64,000 nt of DNA from a virus, in the IMG/VR virus record IMGVR_UViG_3300025645_000054, positions 1 to 64,000 of that record. The stretch is one strand, 5' to 3'. How positions within the stretch are numbered: the first letter of the stretch is position 1; the number at the start of each line of letters is the position of its first letter. Below the pieces are notes generated by a model, which saw only the letters and a program-made list of their open reading frames with translations, had not been told where the DNA came from and made no database searches. This document shows positions 1 to 11,500 of the stretch, one piece after another. Both the position numbers and the translations under genes were made by a program.

Positions 1-2619
1 GTTGGCTGTGTCTGTTACGTCTGCGCCAGCTTCGATACCGTCAAGTTTGGATTCGTCTGCAACAAGGAAAGACGCCGTAGTGGCATTAAGAACAGCGCTA
101 TACCCTTGGACCGTGGAGCCAATTGCTGCGGGTTGAAGTGCGGTATCTGCCTTGGCTCCTTGAGCCGTAGTAGCCTTACCAGCAAGCGCTGTATCCAGAC
201 CTGTGACTTGGGCTGTTGTATGCGTGTGAGAAGATGCAGCTTTACCATTAAGCTGTGTCTGAATTGCGCTTGTCACACCATCCAAATAACCAGCTTCGAG
301 CATTGTAACTGCTACCGGCCAGTCACTGATTTCGCTGATTGGGTGGCTGTGTGCAGAAGGGGTAAACGTCGTGGGTTTACCTGTAACAGCAGTCCAAGAA
401 ACAGTGGTCAAATATCCTGCCAGAGAGTGATCACCCCACCCGAAGGCAGTATCCCAGTTTCCAGCGTTTGCTACTGAAGCTGTCGATGCCTTACCTGCCA
501 AAGAGTTGGTCATGGTTGTGGCAAAGTTAGGGTCATCACCCAAGGCCGCCGCAAGTTCATTCAGCGTATCAATGGTTCCGGGAGCGCCATCTACAAGCTC
601 CGCTACAACCGCCTTCACAAAGGACGTGGTGGCGATCTGTGTCGTGTTGGTGGTCGAGACCGCTGTGGGCGCTGTAGGCGTCCCTGTGAGCGCAGGAGAG
701 GCCAGAGGAGCCTTGAGAGCCAGAGCAGCATCAAGTCCTGTGACTTCGCTTGTAGGGTGACTGTGCGATACAGGAGTCCGTGCATCTGAAAGACGGGTAT
801 CGTCTCCTTTGACAACTTCTCCCACTGCTGCGTTTCCTGCTGCTGCCACATTTAGTGGAGCTGATGTACCAAGATCAGCAGGTTGTGTTGCGCTGTCAGC
901 CAATGCGCCTTGAGCTGTTGTTGCCTTACCGTCAAGTGCTGTCTGCAAACCATCCACATTTGAGATAACGTGATTATGGCTGTCATCCGCCACTGTCGCT
1001 GTGATGGTTACATTGCCGGAGCCATTGAACGAAGTGGAACCAGTGACATCGCCACCCAAAGCAATGGTACGAGCAGTTGCCAATGTCGCAGCCGTTGCAG
1101 CAGCCCCACCGTCAGCAGAGGTGATAAAGCCAGTGTCGTTGGTCAGAGTGGAGATTGCGTCTCCTGGCTGCGTGGCTGTGTCAGCTGTGGTACCCTGAGC
1201 CGCTGTTGCGTAATCCGCACTGGTGAATGCCTTGACCTGAGCAAGATTCGTGATCTCACTATCCATGAGTGCACCGGCAGCAGTGACGTTGACGGTATCA
1301 GTCACATCAGCTGAGGCTTCGATACCTGCCAGCTTCGACCTTTCAGTAGCTGTGAGGACTTTAGTGGTGGTTCCTTCCACCATGGCGTCCATCGAGAATG
1401 CGTCTCCAGCGACAGCGGTTGGGTCGTAAATACTCGCCAGCATGTCGCCAAATTGTGCCGCAGCGACCCCCGTCGAACCAGCGACGGAACCAAACTTATC
1501 AGATACAAAGAATTTGGCGTCGGCAGGATCAGACAGGTCTGTTGTGCCGCGTTTAACAATCAGAACACCTCGTCGCATCGCAGAGGTGAAACCGATGAGG
1601 TCAGGGAAGGTCGCAAGAGACAGACCCTCAATAGCTTCCTTCATTGTGTTGTAGGTGGCTGTTCCGAACTGCACGAACACCTTGTTTGCGTTTGCGAAGT
1701 ATAGGAACTGTTGAATGGCAAAATCGTTTACACCCACTGTAGCAAGATTGCCGGTTCCATCATCATAATTCAGAGGATTGATGGTGGTCACGGCAGCCTG
1801 AACGGAAGTTCCACCGCCCCCGTTACGGAATACGTAGCTAAATTGTGCGGGACTTAGTAATGCCGTAGTGATCCGATGAGGATCAGTCTTACTGGCAGCG
1901 GAATTACGGCCAAAGGAGAATACTGTACCACCACTCTTTGTCACAGACAGGTCTACGCCAGCCGCCGTAAAAGCATTACCGCTCAGATTGAGATCACCCA
2001 CTGCGCGGCTCAAGTCGCGTACACCAAGACCCGGCGCATACGAGGGGATCTGGATTGGGAATACGTTACGTATAGTCCCACCGACATGATCAACACCACC
2101 AAGTAGGATGTGGGTCCGCAGCTCATCAACTGTGAAGTTGCGCTGCTGAACAACTGCACCCGCTGCATTGATTGCAATGTCAGTCGAGGTTGCCGTTGCC
2201 AGATCGGTCAAGGTTACTGCCGAGAATGCTGTCCAAGTGACGGGAGTTACGGTTGGGGGTGAAACTGTGTCATCAATGACGTATCCAGAACCTGCCGAGA
2301 CATCGAGTTTAGTAGGATCTGCATTGATAGTGAGGACACCACCTTCGGTGATGCCTGTGTTACCGGTTACGCCTGCGAGCACCCCTTCGGCATCTGTTGC
2401 ATATGCAGACGCGGCCGTGGCCGCAGCTGTACCCAGTGTTGGCAATCCACTCAACTGACCGTAGTCGGAAACACCAAGAGTTTGGATCGCGCCCGCTTCG
2501 GTTTTGGAATAGATCCGGCCATCGGCCAAGTTGATGGCCAATTCCCCAGCGTCGAGATCACCCGGTAGCGGTGCCGCTGATGCGGTGCTGGATCTTTTGG
2601 GCTTGATCCTTGTGGCCAT
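1..2619 (-). CDS. Long tail fibre protein (runs off the window edge; absent from the ORF track)
   Basis: ATG at 2619 overlaps the upstream stop (TAATG) and the frame stays open to base 1. N-terminus MATRIKPKRSSTASAAPLPGDLDAGELAINLADGRIYSK resembles the T4 gp37 N-terminus. It carries HxH fibre repeats (HNHVISNVDGLQTAL, HSHPTSEVTGLDAAL, HTHTTAQVTGLDTAL), KAPLASPALTGTPTAPT and DTLNELAAALGDDPNFATT fibre motifs. Confidence 0.9.
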   Translation of the reverse strand, partial: MATRIKPKRSSTASAAPLPGDLDAGELAINLADGRIYSKTEAGAIQTLGVSDYGQLSGLPTLGTAAATAASAYATDAEGVLAGVTGNTGITEGGVLTINADPTKLDVSAGSGYVIDDTVSPPTVTPVTWTAFSAVTLTDLATATSTDIAINAAGAVVQQRNFTVDELRTHILLGGVDHVGGTIRNVFPIQIPSYAPGLGVRDLSRAVGDLNLSGNAFTAAGVDLSVTKSGGTVFSFGRNSAASKTDPHRITTALLSPAQFSYVFRNGGGGTSVQAAVTTINPLNYDDGTGNLATVGVNDFAIQQFLYFANANKVFVQFGTATYNTMKEAIEGLSLATFPDLIGFTSAMRRGVLIVKRGTTDLSDPADAKFFVSDKFGSVAGSTGVAAAQFGDMLASIYDPTAVAGDAFSMDAMVEGTTTKVLTATERSKLAGIEASADVTDTVNVTAAGALMDSEITNLAQVKAFTSADYATAAQGTTADTATQPGDAISTLTNDTGFITSADGGAAATAATLATARTIALGGDVTGSTSFNGSGNVTITATVADDSHNHVISNVDGLQTALDGKATTAQGALADSATQPADLGTSAPLNVAAAGNAAVGEVVKGDDTRLSDARTPVSHSHPTSEVTGLDAALALKAPLASPALTGTPTAPTAVSTTNTTQIATTSFVKAVVAELVDGAPGTIDTLNELAAALGDDPNFATTMTNSLAGKASTASVANAGNWDTAFGWGDHSLAGYLTTVSWTAVTGKPTTFTPSAHSHPISEISDWPVAVTMLEAGYLDGVTSAIQTQLNGKAASSHTHTTAQVTGLDTALAGKATTAQGAKADTALQPAAIGSTVQGYSAVLNATTASFLVADESKLDGIEAGADVTDTAN

Positions 2620-3488
2620 TAGAATGAACCACCGTCAATGATCATCCCCTGAACAGTTTCATCACCAAATGTCCACGCGTCTGCGCTCTCGTCCCACAGG
2701 ACAGAGACGTTGGCAGAAGTACCGCGCTCAATTGTGAAGCCCGCGTTCTGCGAGGGTACACCGACCTCATCGGCGTTCAACACAATGATACCGTCACCGA
2801 TGTTGACCTCATTCGAGGACACGGCGTTCAACGTGCCCGTGACCGTCAGGTCGCCCACTGTGGCTGAGTTGAAGGTTACATCACTGCCAGTTCCAACCTC
2901 CTGGCCAATGGAGAAGGTTGTGCCTACCAGTGCGACACCGGTGCCGTTTGAGTACGTCGTATTGGTGTCGGTGTCTGGAGGCGTCGCCCAAGAGAAGGTT
3001 CCATCCCCATCTGAACGCAGATACTGGGAAGTTGTGCCGTTCCCGGTGACTTTCAGATTGTCAGCGTCGACCACATTACTGGCGATCGTCAGCGCCCCGC
3101 TACCAGTGACTTCACCGGTATGAGTCGCGTTGCCGGTCTTTGCTGTGTTCGCCGCAACGGCCGCGTTGTTGGAAACCTCAGTATCAAAGTCCGAGATGTC
3201 AGAGGCGGAGTGCGTATGTCCTTCCTTGGCGTAGCTGTCAAAGCCGCTTCCGTTGTGCACCTTCAGCGTGTTGGTGGTCTGATCGTACCACGGATCGCCC
3301 TCCGCAGGGCTTGGTGGTTCTGTGCTGTCCACATAAACTGTACCCAGGAGAACAACGGCATTGCCGTTGTCCTTCGTGTAGATCTTTCGGTCGGCTAGGT
3401 TAAGCGCCAGCTCGCCTTGGTTCAGATCGCCAGCAAGTGGGGCTCCACCTGTTGTCGAGGATTTCTTGAGAATAATTACGGTTGCCAT
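2619..3488 (-). CDS. Tail fibre subunit with gp37-like N-terminal domain
   Basis: MATVIILKKSSTTGGAPLAGDLNQGELALNLADRKIYTK; HTH-S repeat; Gly/Thr-rich; ends IDGGSF. Confidence 0.8.
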   Translation of the reverse strand: MATVIILKKSSTTGGAPLAGDLNQGELALNLADRKIYTKDNGNAVVLLGTVYVDSTEPPSPAEGDPWYDQTTNTLKVHNGSGFDSYAKEGHTHSASDISDFDTEVSNNAAVAANTAKTGNATHTGEVTGSGALTIASNVVDADNLKVTGNGTTSQYLRSDGDGTFSWATPPDTDTNTTYSNGTGVALVGTTFSIGQEVGTGSDVTFNSATVGDLTVTGTLNAVSSNEVNIGDGIIVLNADEVGVPSQNAGFTIERGTSANVSVLWDESADAWTFGDETVQGMIIDGGSF

Positions 3489-3997
3489 TAGAAGGACCCT
3501 CCAGTGATTGTAAGATTTGAGTTCACCAAAGAAGTCTTTGGTTCGTACTTTTCAGAGACCGAAGAATATTGGAGCAAAGCTCCATCCGCTTTCCCCGTCG
3601 TGCTTATGTCCGAGATACTGGCTGTGCTCAGAAAATGACTGTCGTTGGCTACGGTCGCCGTGATTGTGACGTCACCAGAACCATCGAATAATGTTGAGCC
3701 TGTGACGTCTCCGATCAGAGCGATGCTGCGGGGCGTAGCGAGAACAGCCGCAGTGGCCGCATCACTCCCGTCCGCCATCTGATCCAGCCACTCGGCCTCA
3801 GTACCCACAAAACCGGCTGTCACCGCGACGTCATAGGCTGAGGCCCCGTTGATACCCCGAGGACCCGCGCCATTCTCGACGTTCAGAATAACGTCTGGGG
3901 CACTCTCTATCTGTATCAGTTGGGTTTGCTCTACGTCTGTGACTTGGAGATCAACGGAAGGACCTGGGTCCTGTATGGTGAGCAGGATCTGGGTCAT
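3488..3997 (-). CDS. Tail fibre connector/adaptor
   Basis: GPRGINGASAYDVAVTAGFVGTEAEWL motif typical of fibre shafts; ends TGGSF; translationally coupled to the next gene. Confidence 0.7.
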   Translation of the reverse strand: MTQILLTIQDPGPSVDLQVTDVEQTQLIQIESAPDVILNVENGAGPRGINGASAYDVAVTAGFVGTEAEWLDQMADGSDAATAAVLATPRSIALIGDVTGSTLFDGSGDVTITATVANDSHFLSTASISDISTTGKADGALLQYSSVSEKYEPKTSLVNSNLTITGGSF

Positions 3998-4339
3998 TTA
4001 AACCTCGACCTGCACGGGCAGATCCCCCCGGAGATAGGTGAGCTTGGCCCCATCTGGTCGGAAAAGTTTGAGGTTGTATTGGTACACATCCTGTACCGCG
4101 GGGGCGGTGAACTCCAGAATTGTGACGACATTGTCCACCAAGGTTATATCCCCGGTGCCACTTGTCAGAACCAAGGTCCCTTTCTTGTGCTTCCCTTCGA
4201 AGGACATCTCAGCAGTGTAGGCCCCGAGATCTGGTTCCGTCAGAGCTCCGAGGTCATCCCGGAAGGTAACCGTGACGGTTTTGCTCGAGATCTTGTCTCC
4301 TGCTACACATAGCTTGAAGTCAAAAACAGCCGGGGTCAT
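3998..4339 (-). CDS. Fibre-attachment/baseplate Ig-like protein
   Basis: DLGAYTAEM...YQYNLKL...LRGDLPVQVEV pattern seen in small virion adaptor proteins; GAGAGG RBS. Confidence 0.55.
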   Translation of the reverse strand: MTPAVFDFKLCVAGDKISSKTVTVTFRDDLGALTEPDLGAYTAEMSFEGKHKKGTLVLTSGTGDITLVDNVVTILEFTAPAVQDVYQYNLKLFRPDGAKLTYLRGDLPVQVEV

Positions 4340-4350
4340 AGTGGTACCTC

Positions 4351-4381
4351 TCGTATATTATGGGGCCACTATAATATACGA
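4351..4381. promoter_or_regulatory. AT-rich inverted repeat / probable internal promoter for the distal fibre cluster
   Basis: TCGTATATTAT-N9-ATAATATACGA. On the minus strand, GAGACA-N17-TATAGT overlaps it. Confidence 0.45.
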
Positions 4382-4433
4382 AGTCCTGTATGTCTCACTA
4401 TATTGAAGGTACTTTTTGTCTCCCGATGATTAC

Positions 4434-5072
4434 TTAGACCCACCACGTGTCTGAGTGATAATCATCGGGGATCGGATCCATTTCACGCAGAGCTTTGGCC
4501 TTGAACACAAGCTCCGTCTCAACAGCGGCCGCAGCTGCCCCAAATGCAAAGCACGTTTGAGCATCCATGGTCGTCGTGGCGTTGTCAGAAGCGATCCAAG
4601 AGAAGTCTGTATCTCCACCATGCCAGCGTAGATCCCCTACTTGAGCGCCGGCAACTATAGCTCCTAGAGCTAATGTGCCGGCACCGCTGATGCGGGCCAC
4701 GGATTTTGCGTCACGCTGGTACATCTGACCCTGAAACTCAAAGTCCAGTCCAAGACGGCGATCTCGTTCTCGCGCCACATTTTTCTCCTGGCTGGATCTA
4801 AGAGCTGAAAGCTCCGCTTCGGTGATCGGCACCACCGTCTTTGTCAGCTTCCACTCCCCTTCCACAAGAGAAGGCTGATCGCTGATGGCGACCTTTTCAA
4901 GGAGAGGGTCAATAGTTGGAGCGCCAGTGTACCCTACTGGAAACATCCCGTATTCAGCCATCATCTCGACAGGAATGTCTCGGGGAAAGCCGGTGGGGTG
5001 ATTATCGCGGCGCAGCTCTCCTACCGTATAGGGGTATTGAGCGACGGCACCGTTTGTGATTTTAACGAACAT
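4434..5072 (-). CDS. Tail fibre assembly-like protein (DUF4376-like C-terminus)
   Basis: YPYTVGELRRDN N-terminus; ERDRRL...YQRD...WIASDNATTTMDA C-terminus. Confidence 0.6.
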   Translation of the reverse strand: MFVKITNGAVAQYPYTVGELRRDNHPTGFPRDIPVEMMAEYGMFPVGYTGAPTIDPLLEKVAISDQPSLVEGEWKLTKTVVPITEAELSALRSSQEKNVARERDRRLGLDFEFQGQMYQRDAKSVARISGAGTLALGAIVAGAQVGDLRWHGGDTDFSWIASDNATTTMDAQTCFAFGAAAAAVETELVFKAKALREMDPIPDDYHSDTWWV

Positions 5073-5092
5073 TGTAAGTCCTTTCTGTTCAT

Positions 5093-6646
5093 TTATGGGC
5101 CTAGATCAAATCGATCCACGAAATACTCAGTAAGTGTTTTTCCTCTCACTACAAACAGCCTCAGACCATCGGGAGAGATGTAGATTCCTTTGTAGTCATC
5201 ATAAGGGAAGGTGAATTTCTGAAGGTAACTTAGAGTTGTTATATCCCAAGGAGTGCCGAAGTCTAATTCTTGCACTCTCCCTTGGCCCTGAATATACAGC
5301 TTTGTTCCGTCTGGCTTTATGACGAAACTAAGAATGACGGCCTCGATAGACCCTAGATAGATTTCCCGAGAGTAGGTGGCGGTGGCTGTATTGTAGGCCG
5401 TGCTGCAATTATATTCCTTAATTCCGTATGTAGGGGAACCTCCGAAACCCACATAACAGCGGGTTCCATCAGAGTTCCACTGTATCGTGTGAATGCTGTC
5501 TCCGCCAAAGGAAGTGATGCGCGTTAAAGTACCAGCTGTGAAAGCTGTACCCGATGTGTAGGTTCGCACATTGCCGTCGTGAGCGGCGACGTAATGCTGA
5601 AGACCATCTGGCTTAAAGGAAGTATTTTGATTGTCCACATTTGAATAAGCAGACCCGCCAGAATTGGTTGCCGTAAGTAGATCCCAAGGAGTTGACAGAG
5701 TATAAAACTCCAAATTTGGATTTGTTATGACCATTTTGGTTCCGTCGTTACTCAAGACCACGCCCTGCGCTGTGGGGCTGTCTGGATCAATATGAACGGC
5801 AGAAGTCATATTGTAGATTTCAATGTTATCGTAGATGAAACCTACTTGGAACAAACGTGCCCCGTCTTCTGTGAGGTACATCCCCATCGGTTGGAATTCT
5901 TGAGCTTCCACGTTAACACTTTGATCCACCACGGCTGAGCTTACATCCCAAGGTACGCTTAGGTTGTATCTCCAAATGCTATCATTGGAGATACCGCTCA
6001 CAAACATCACCGCCCCGTCAGAGCTGAAAGCCAAGCCCGTGGCCTGAGTTTCTTGGGCGTTGATGTTAAAGTTTTGGATGTATGAAGCTGTCGTGATATC
6101 CCAAGCGGTACTCAGGTGAAATTCCCATACTGCGTTGCTCTGAGTTCCAGTGAAATAAAACGCTGTCCCGTCAGGTCTGAATTGCAAACCCCAAAGATCA
6201 CCTTCGCTGGAGGCCGCTGTGCTAATGGTGCGAACAAAAGAAAGCGTAGCTACATCCCAAGCTGTACTTAGGCTGAATTCGTGTAGCTCTTGCCCTGAAT
6301 CGAGCAAAAACATCACCAAGCCGTCGGATTTGAAATAAAAAGAAGAAGGAGCATTGGTCAGTCCGGAAAGGCTATAGGTGCCGGAGGGAGGATCCAAATA
6401 ACTCGTGGCCAAGTCAGTGACATCATACGCATGAATGGCCGAAGGGGTCTGTCCTAGAACAAAAATCTTCTCTGTATTGGTCTCTTTTGCAAAGACATCT
6501 GTGGTGAAGGATTGAACGCCAGACACGCTAAGAGACGGCACAGTCTGCTCAAAGGCATCGAGTATATTGACCTTCTCATATCTAGCCGTGGTAATATCCC
6601 ACGGTTGCACGGGTTTATACCCTTTACTGATCATGCGGCGTCTCAT
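5093..6646 (-). CDS. Beta-propeller receptor-binding/tip protein
   Basis: Repeated F(K/R)PDG...Y-LSTxWD blades; aromatic-rich; AT-richer than the flanks. Confidence 0.7.
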   Translation of the reverse strand: MRRRMISKGYKPVQPWDITTARYEKVNILDAFEQTVPSLSVSGVQSFTTDVFAKETNTEKIFVLGQTPSAIHAYDVTDLATSYLDPPSGTYSLSGLTNAPSSFYFKSDGLVMFLLDSGQELHEFSLSTAWDVATLSFVRTISTAASSEGDLWGLQFRPDGTAFYFTGTQSNAVWEFHLSTAWDITTASYIQNFNINAQETQATGLAFSSDGAVMFVSGISNDSIWRYNLSVPWDVSSAVVDQSVNVEAQEFQPMGMYLTEDGARLFQVGFIYDNIEIYNMTSAVHIDPDSPTAQGVVLSNDGTKMVITNPNLEFYTLSTPWDLLTATNSGGSAYSNVDNQNTSFKPDGLQHYVAAHDGNVRTYTSGTAFTAGTLTRITSFGGDSIHTIQWNSDGTRCYVGFGGSPTYGIKEYNCSTAYNTATATYSREIYLGSIEAVILSFVIKPDGTKLYIQGQGRVQELDFGTPWDITTLSYLQKFTFPYDDYKGIYISPDGLRLFVVRGKTLTEYFVDRFDLGP

Positions 6647-7929
6647 GAATAAGCTACCCCACTGGTTATGAGGCTATAGGATACGGCCCCCCCGTTGTTG
6701 ACCACCTCGATGTGATATTTGCCAAGGGCCCCGTTGGCGGGAGCTTCTGGGGCCACTCCGTCTTCTGTAAGGATGGAGGGGAACGTCAAAGTATGTGCTC
6801 CCCCCGCAGTGACACTCAGGGTAACGGTCTGGGAATAGCCCGATGGTGGGAAGTTGCTGAACGCAAAGGTGGTGTGCCCCGAGGTGGTCAATTGAAAATG
6901 CCCACCGCTACTGAGATCGATCACAGGTGTCGTCCCCGTCAGAACCACCTGTTTGTCTCTCAGCGTATCAGCGGCAACAATACCCGCGACAGTTCCGCCA
7001 GCGTATGTGCCAGCTGGACCGATGTCGCCCTGGATACCTTGAATACCCTGAATACCCTGTGCACCGGTTGCGCCCGTGTCACCTTGAATACCTTGAATAC
7101 CTTGTGGGCCAGTTGCACCTGTAGCGCCGGTGTCGCCGGTGACGCCTTGAATGCCCTGTGTACCTTGAATACCCTGATCACCCTGTGGGCCTTCAAGAGG
7201 GCCAACATTATCCCACTCAGTGTTCAGCGCGTCCCAGACATAGATGTCTCTCGGAGATACGGTGCCCACGGCATAAGCATCACCAGCAGAGCCTGAACCT
7301 GGGAGACCGCCGACCGTTGCGATGGTCCCTAGAATTATCAAGCCCGCCCCTGTAGCTCCCGTGGCTCCTGTGTCGCCAGTGATGCCTTGAATACCCTGAA
7401 TACCTTGAGGACCGGTGGGGCCGGTGTCTCCTGTGACGCCTTGAATGCCTTGAGGACCGGTTGGTCCTGTTGGCCCTGTAGCCCCTGTTGGGCCAGTTGC
7501 TCCTGTTGACCCAGTGGCACCGGTAGCGCCAGTTAGGTCGTTGAAGAAATCCGTGACAGTTCCAGCTTCGTTTCCAGGCTGTGCTTGCCACAGATTGAAG
7601 GCGCTGAGACTGAAGTCGGCCAGAACGCCGGTCCATGAGTCGCGGGTGGTGTTGAAGCTGGTGATCAGCTCATTAATCTTGCCCGCGAGATCTAAGTTCA
7701 GAGACTGAGTTGGAATGATCCCGTATGAAAGCGTGGACCCTGTGGTTCCTTCGAACGCCGAGACTAGAGTGATCTCAGTGGAAGACACGACAGTGGCGAC
7801 CTCATAGAGGACTGCATCCTGTTCAGATACGAGGATCCATCCTGCCTGTTGCGTGATCCAGTTGGTGCCAACGCCTGTGACAGTCGTGCTGGCATTAGTC
7901 AGCGTGATTGTTCCGGTTCTATACCACAT
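6643..7929 (-). CDS. Collagen-like tail fibre
   Basis: [24 protein letters not shown] anchor; two Gly-X-Y tracts (GIQ, GAT, GPT repeats). Confidence 0.85.
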   Translation of the reverse strand: MWYRTGTITLTNASTTVTGVGTNWITQQAGWILVSEQDAVLYEVATVVSSTEITLVSAFEGTTGSTLSYGIIPTQSLNLDLAGKINELITSFNTTRDSWTGVLADFSLSAFNLWQAQPGNEAGTVTDFFNDLTGATGATGSTGATGPTGATGPTGPTGPQGIQGVTGDTGPTGPQGIQGIQGITGDTGATGATGAGLIILGTIATVGGLPGSGSAGDAYAVGTVSPRDIYVWDALNTEWDNVGPLEGPQGDQGIQGTQGIQGVTGDTGATGATGPQGIQGIQGDTGATGAQGIQGIQGIQGDIGPAGTYAGGTVAGIVAADTLRDKQVVLTGTTPVIDLSSGGHFQLTTSGHTTFAFSNFPPSGYSQTVTLSVTAGGAHTLTFPSILTEDGVAPEAPANGALGKYHIEVVNNGGAVSYSLITSGVAYS

Positions 7930-7931
7930 TT

Positions 7932-8564
7932 TTAGTTCTCCACCACTGACTTCAGATCGACCTTCGCCGCCTCTTTGATCGTTTCAATTTCGTTGGCTGT
8001 CAGCGCATCGCTAAGGGCGTAAATCGCTGTCATTCTGATCTCTTCAAGATCGGCCGCTTTCTGTGTCCAGAAGTCGTCCATATTGAGCCAGAGCTGAGCC
8101 AGCTCGTAGGCTGTTGGCGCTGTAAGACCGACCTCTTTTGCGAGAAAGCGATAGGGTGTCAGATCAGTTGGTTCAGGCGAGGCGGAAAGATAAGCAATCG
8201 CCTCTTCTTTCTTGCGCCCGTAAATGCTGTCCTGCCCTGTGATGCTGGTCACGTAATGAGTTCGGGCATGATCGCTGGCTTGGTTGATCTCAAGCGTGGC
8301 TTTTTTAGCAACGCGTGTCAGTGTCTTTAAATCAACGGGATCTACCCACGCCTCTGAAACCGTATCAAACACGCTCCATCGGTCAGGTTTCAGGGGCAGA
8401 GTTTGTATGCCGTCTTTCCAATAGATCTGATCAGGCTCATAGCGCTCGGTTGTTTCGAGAACAGTCTCATCTGGAGCCTTATAAATTGTGTCGAAAACTT
8501 CGTCCTGAACGGTTCCAGTTTGAGTGACAATTCCATTGGGGTCATATACGATGTAATGCTTCAT
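7932..8564 (-). CDS. Tail-associated protein
   Basis: Lies between the J-like gene and the fibre; [13 protein letters not shown]...FLAKE motif. Confidence 0.55.
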   Translation of the reverse strand: MKHYIVYDPNGIVTQTGTVQDEVFDTIYKAPDETVLETTERYEPDQIYWKDGIQTLPLKPDRWSVFDTVSEAWVDPVDLKTLTRVAKKATLEINQASDHARTHYVTSITGQDSIYGRKKEEAIAYLSASPEPTDLTPYRFLAKEVGLTAPTAYELAQLWLNMDDFWTQKAADLEEIRMTAIYALSDALTANEIETIKEAAKVDLKSVVEN

Positions 8565-11500
8565 CGCTTACCTCCAGAAAGACTTAGAGTTCTGTTTGAG
8601 AGTTCAAGATCGATACCTTGTGCGCTCCAGTAGACGGCCACCGAAGTTGTGCCAGCGTTGACAGCTTGCCCGTATGAAAGCATCGGATAGTCTTCTACGT
8701 CTACGCCGCCTCTCGACTGTACCATAGAGCCGTTAACCCAGAGCTGAAAGTCATGTGCATAGGGTCCGCCAGCGTCGTAGCCGTGCGCACCACTCCACAG
8801 AACAATGATGTATCCTGACTGGTCGAAGTAGAGACTTCCGCTGTGAACCAGCTGATTTGCCCCGCCCACTAGGGCATTATTCAAAGTGGAAGAGCTAGCC
8901 ACCGTGACAGCATCGCCCGCAATTTGTAGGGTGTCGATATCCGCGACTTGAATTCGTCCCTTCGTGATGTAGGTCGTAGATCCGATCACCTGAAACGGGG
9001 AGGTGTAAGTCCCAGAGGAGGCCCCTTTGCCCACCCGGAAGGCATCCGCATCAATGATGAAGTCCGAGGTGACCTGACCATTGACCAGTGATGAAATCAG
9101 ACCGTACCCTGAGACCGCGCCGTTGTTGTTGATCTTGACGCCATGTACTGCTCTGATGCCGTCTATCGAATTTGTTGTGGTCGTAATATCGGCATATTGA
9201 CTACCAAGGGTGGTATTAAAGGTCGTAATTTGTGCGGCTATGGCCGTATCAGTGCTGGATGCTGTGTAATAATTGTTGGATAGGTTGGATGATACAACTC
9301 CGACATCTGTGTCGATTTTGGTGTTCAAGATCAGCGCAGAGTTTGCGATGGCCGTGTCTGTGCTGGTAATCGTGTAGTAGTTGTTGGTGAGGTCGGCCGT
9401 TACAGCTCCGACATCGGTGTCGATTTTAGTGTTCAAGATCAGTTCAGAAGCGACGAGGGCCGTATCTACGGTAGCAGCGGTGTAATAATTTTGGACCAAA
9501 TCTGCGACGACGCCGTCAACCCCTGCCGTCAGTTCAGTCTTCACTTCATCAACCACACCTTCAACACGGGCCGTCTCCAGTGCGTCTGTAACGCGGGCGT
9601 CGATGTCAAGCTCGGCCAGACGGTCGAAGCTCTCATCAAAGGCTCCGTTGAACCGTTCGAAGGCCTCTTGTGCGCTCAGGGCGATGTCATCCCAGATCGT
9701 ATTGACCGACCCAGGTCCGTCGACCAGAGAGAGCGGATCCGAAGGAGGCCCCTCGTTCCCGGAGGTGTCCACCGCGGTGATCCAGTATTGGTCAATTGTG
9801 TCATTGTCAGGGATGACCCGGACATAGCTGGTGGAGGGGGTCTCTTCCAAGAGGACCGCGTTCTCAAAGGTGTCCCCCAGAGCTCCACCATAAATCCGGA
9901 AGAATTTGAAGTCCGCTTCGAGGAACGGGGTACCATAGAGGTAGATCTCCGCGAGACCCCCTTCAATGGTCCAGCCCAGCACCTTGGCCGGCAGGGCTGT
10001 CTTGCCTACGACTGTGTGGGTGATCTCTTGGGACAGGAACCCGTCCTTCAGACGGATTTTGATGTTGTAATCCGCCCCATCCACGACGTTGGGGATATAG
10101 GCTGAGGCCCCGGCCCCGGTGATTACTTGATAGTCATCCACCCCCACCCGCCGGTAGAATACTTCCACCGTCGAGGGGATGTACTGGTTCCACGTGACAA
10201 AGATCCGGCTCTCAATAGACCCACTGGGGTGCTTGATAAGATGCTCCGTACCTGACTGTGCAACGATGGTATCTGGGGGACCTAAGCTGGCAAAGTCGGA
10301 GGAATAGCTGGTAGTGCCGGAGTACACCTGAACGTCCGCGTCACCGAATTTGTTGCCGTTGAACTCCAGCGCCGTAACCGTGAATACCTCAGCATCGGTA
10401 CCGTCTTCGGAGACCGAAAGAATCCTGAAGGGTTTCACCAGTCCAATCGTGGTTTCTTCCAACATGAACTGAGCGTGAGTAGGCATGTCCCCCGGCAACA
10501 CTCCCGAGGTGATGGTCAGAACCTGCGCGTTTGTGACCCCACTCTGGACGTAGAGCTCCGTGGCCCCTCCCGGGGACTGGACAATCATCTTCATCGACGT
10601 ATTAACAGGAACCACCAAAGGATCTCTAAGAGTGATCTGGTTACCGTCAGCACTCTTGATCCGGCCAGAGAGGCCCCACCGCATCGTCGGATCCGAAATC
10701 CCGATGAGATCATAAACCTCCAAGAGCATGCCCTGACGTGGAACCTTAAAGGTCGCTGTCAGAGTTTCAGTGTTCGCCCGCAGGAGCCGAAGGAACGCCC
10801 TACGCTGGGCCTCGGTTACGTCAACACACCCGACGGCGAAGTGATCCCGCGCAGTGCGGCCGTGCTTCGTGACGAAGGCGGGGATGTCAATCCGCCGAAC
10901 GTCTTTCTCCCAGCCCAAGTCAGGGTTGATGAAGGTCACGTTGTAGGTGTTTGGCCGGGTCTCCACGTCTGTGTAATTGTAGGAGAAGTCCCCATTCTCA
11001 ACAGACTCGGGGCCAAAAATGCTTTTGATTGTCCCCGGCTTGTCCACTTTTAGGACGATCATACCCGACGGGTCTTCTGTCAGCTGACCCCCGAAGATCG
11101 CTGCGATATAATGCAGCATGCTGTGGCCATCGCGCTGGTCGTCGATCACATCATTATAAGTGAAGCGAGGCTGAAAACCTCCAGCCTCCCGGGGTACCAG
11201 AACATCACACCACTGTGCGGCATCATAGAAACTGAAACGGTCCACCAGTAGATCCGGATAGTAGGCCTTTGCACCATAGGTCTCATTGGTCAGAAGGTCA
11301 TACAGACACCATGCGGGGTTGTCCGTGAAACCATCTTTGAATGTCCCATCCCATGTCCCGGTGCAGTATCGGGTCACTGGTTCATAGTTGGAAGGGATCT
11401 TGGTGATCTTGCCGTTCCAGTCGGCAGAAAGATTCGGGACCCCATTGAGCTGATCCGAGGCCTCAGACAGGACCCGGACCAATGCTAGGTTGTTGTAGGT

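Noticed and set aside
5093-6646. Diversity-generating retroelement target
   Set aside because: No reverse transcriptase and no adenine-mismatched template repeat were seen in the window.
7030-7530. Novel DNA repeat array
   Set aside because: The 9-bp periodicity simply encodes collagen Gly-X-Y triplets.
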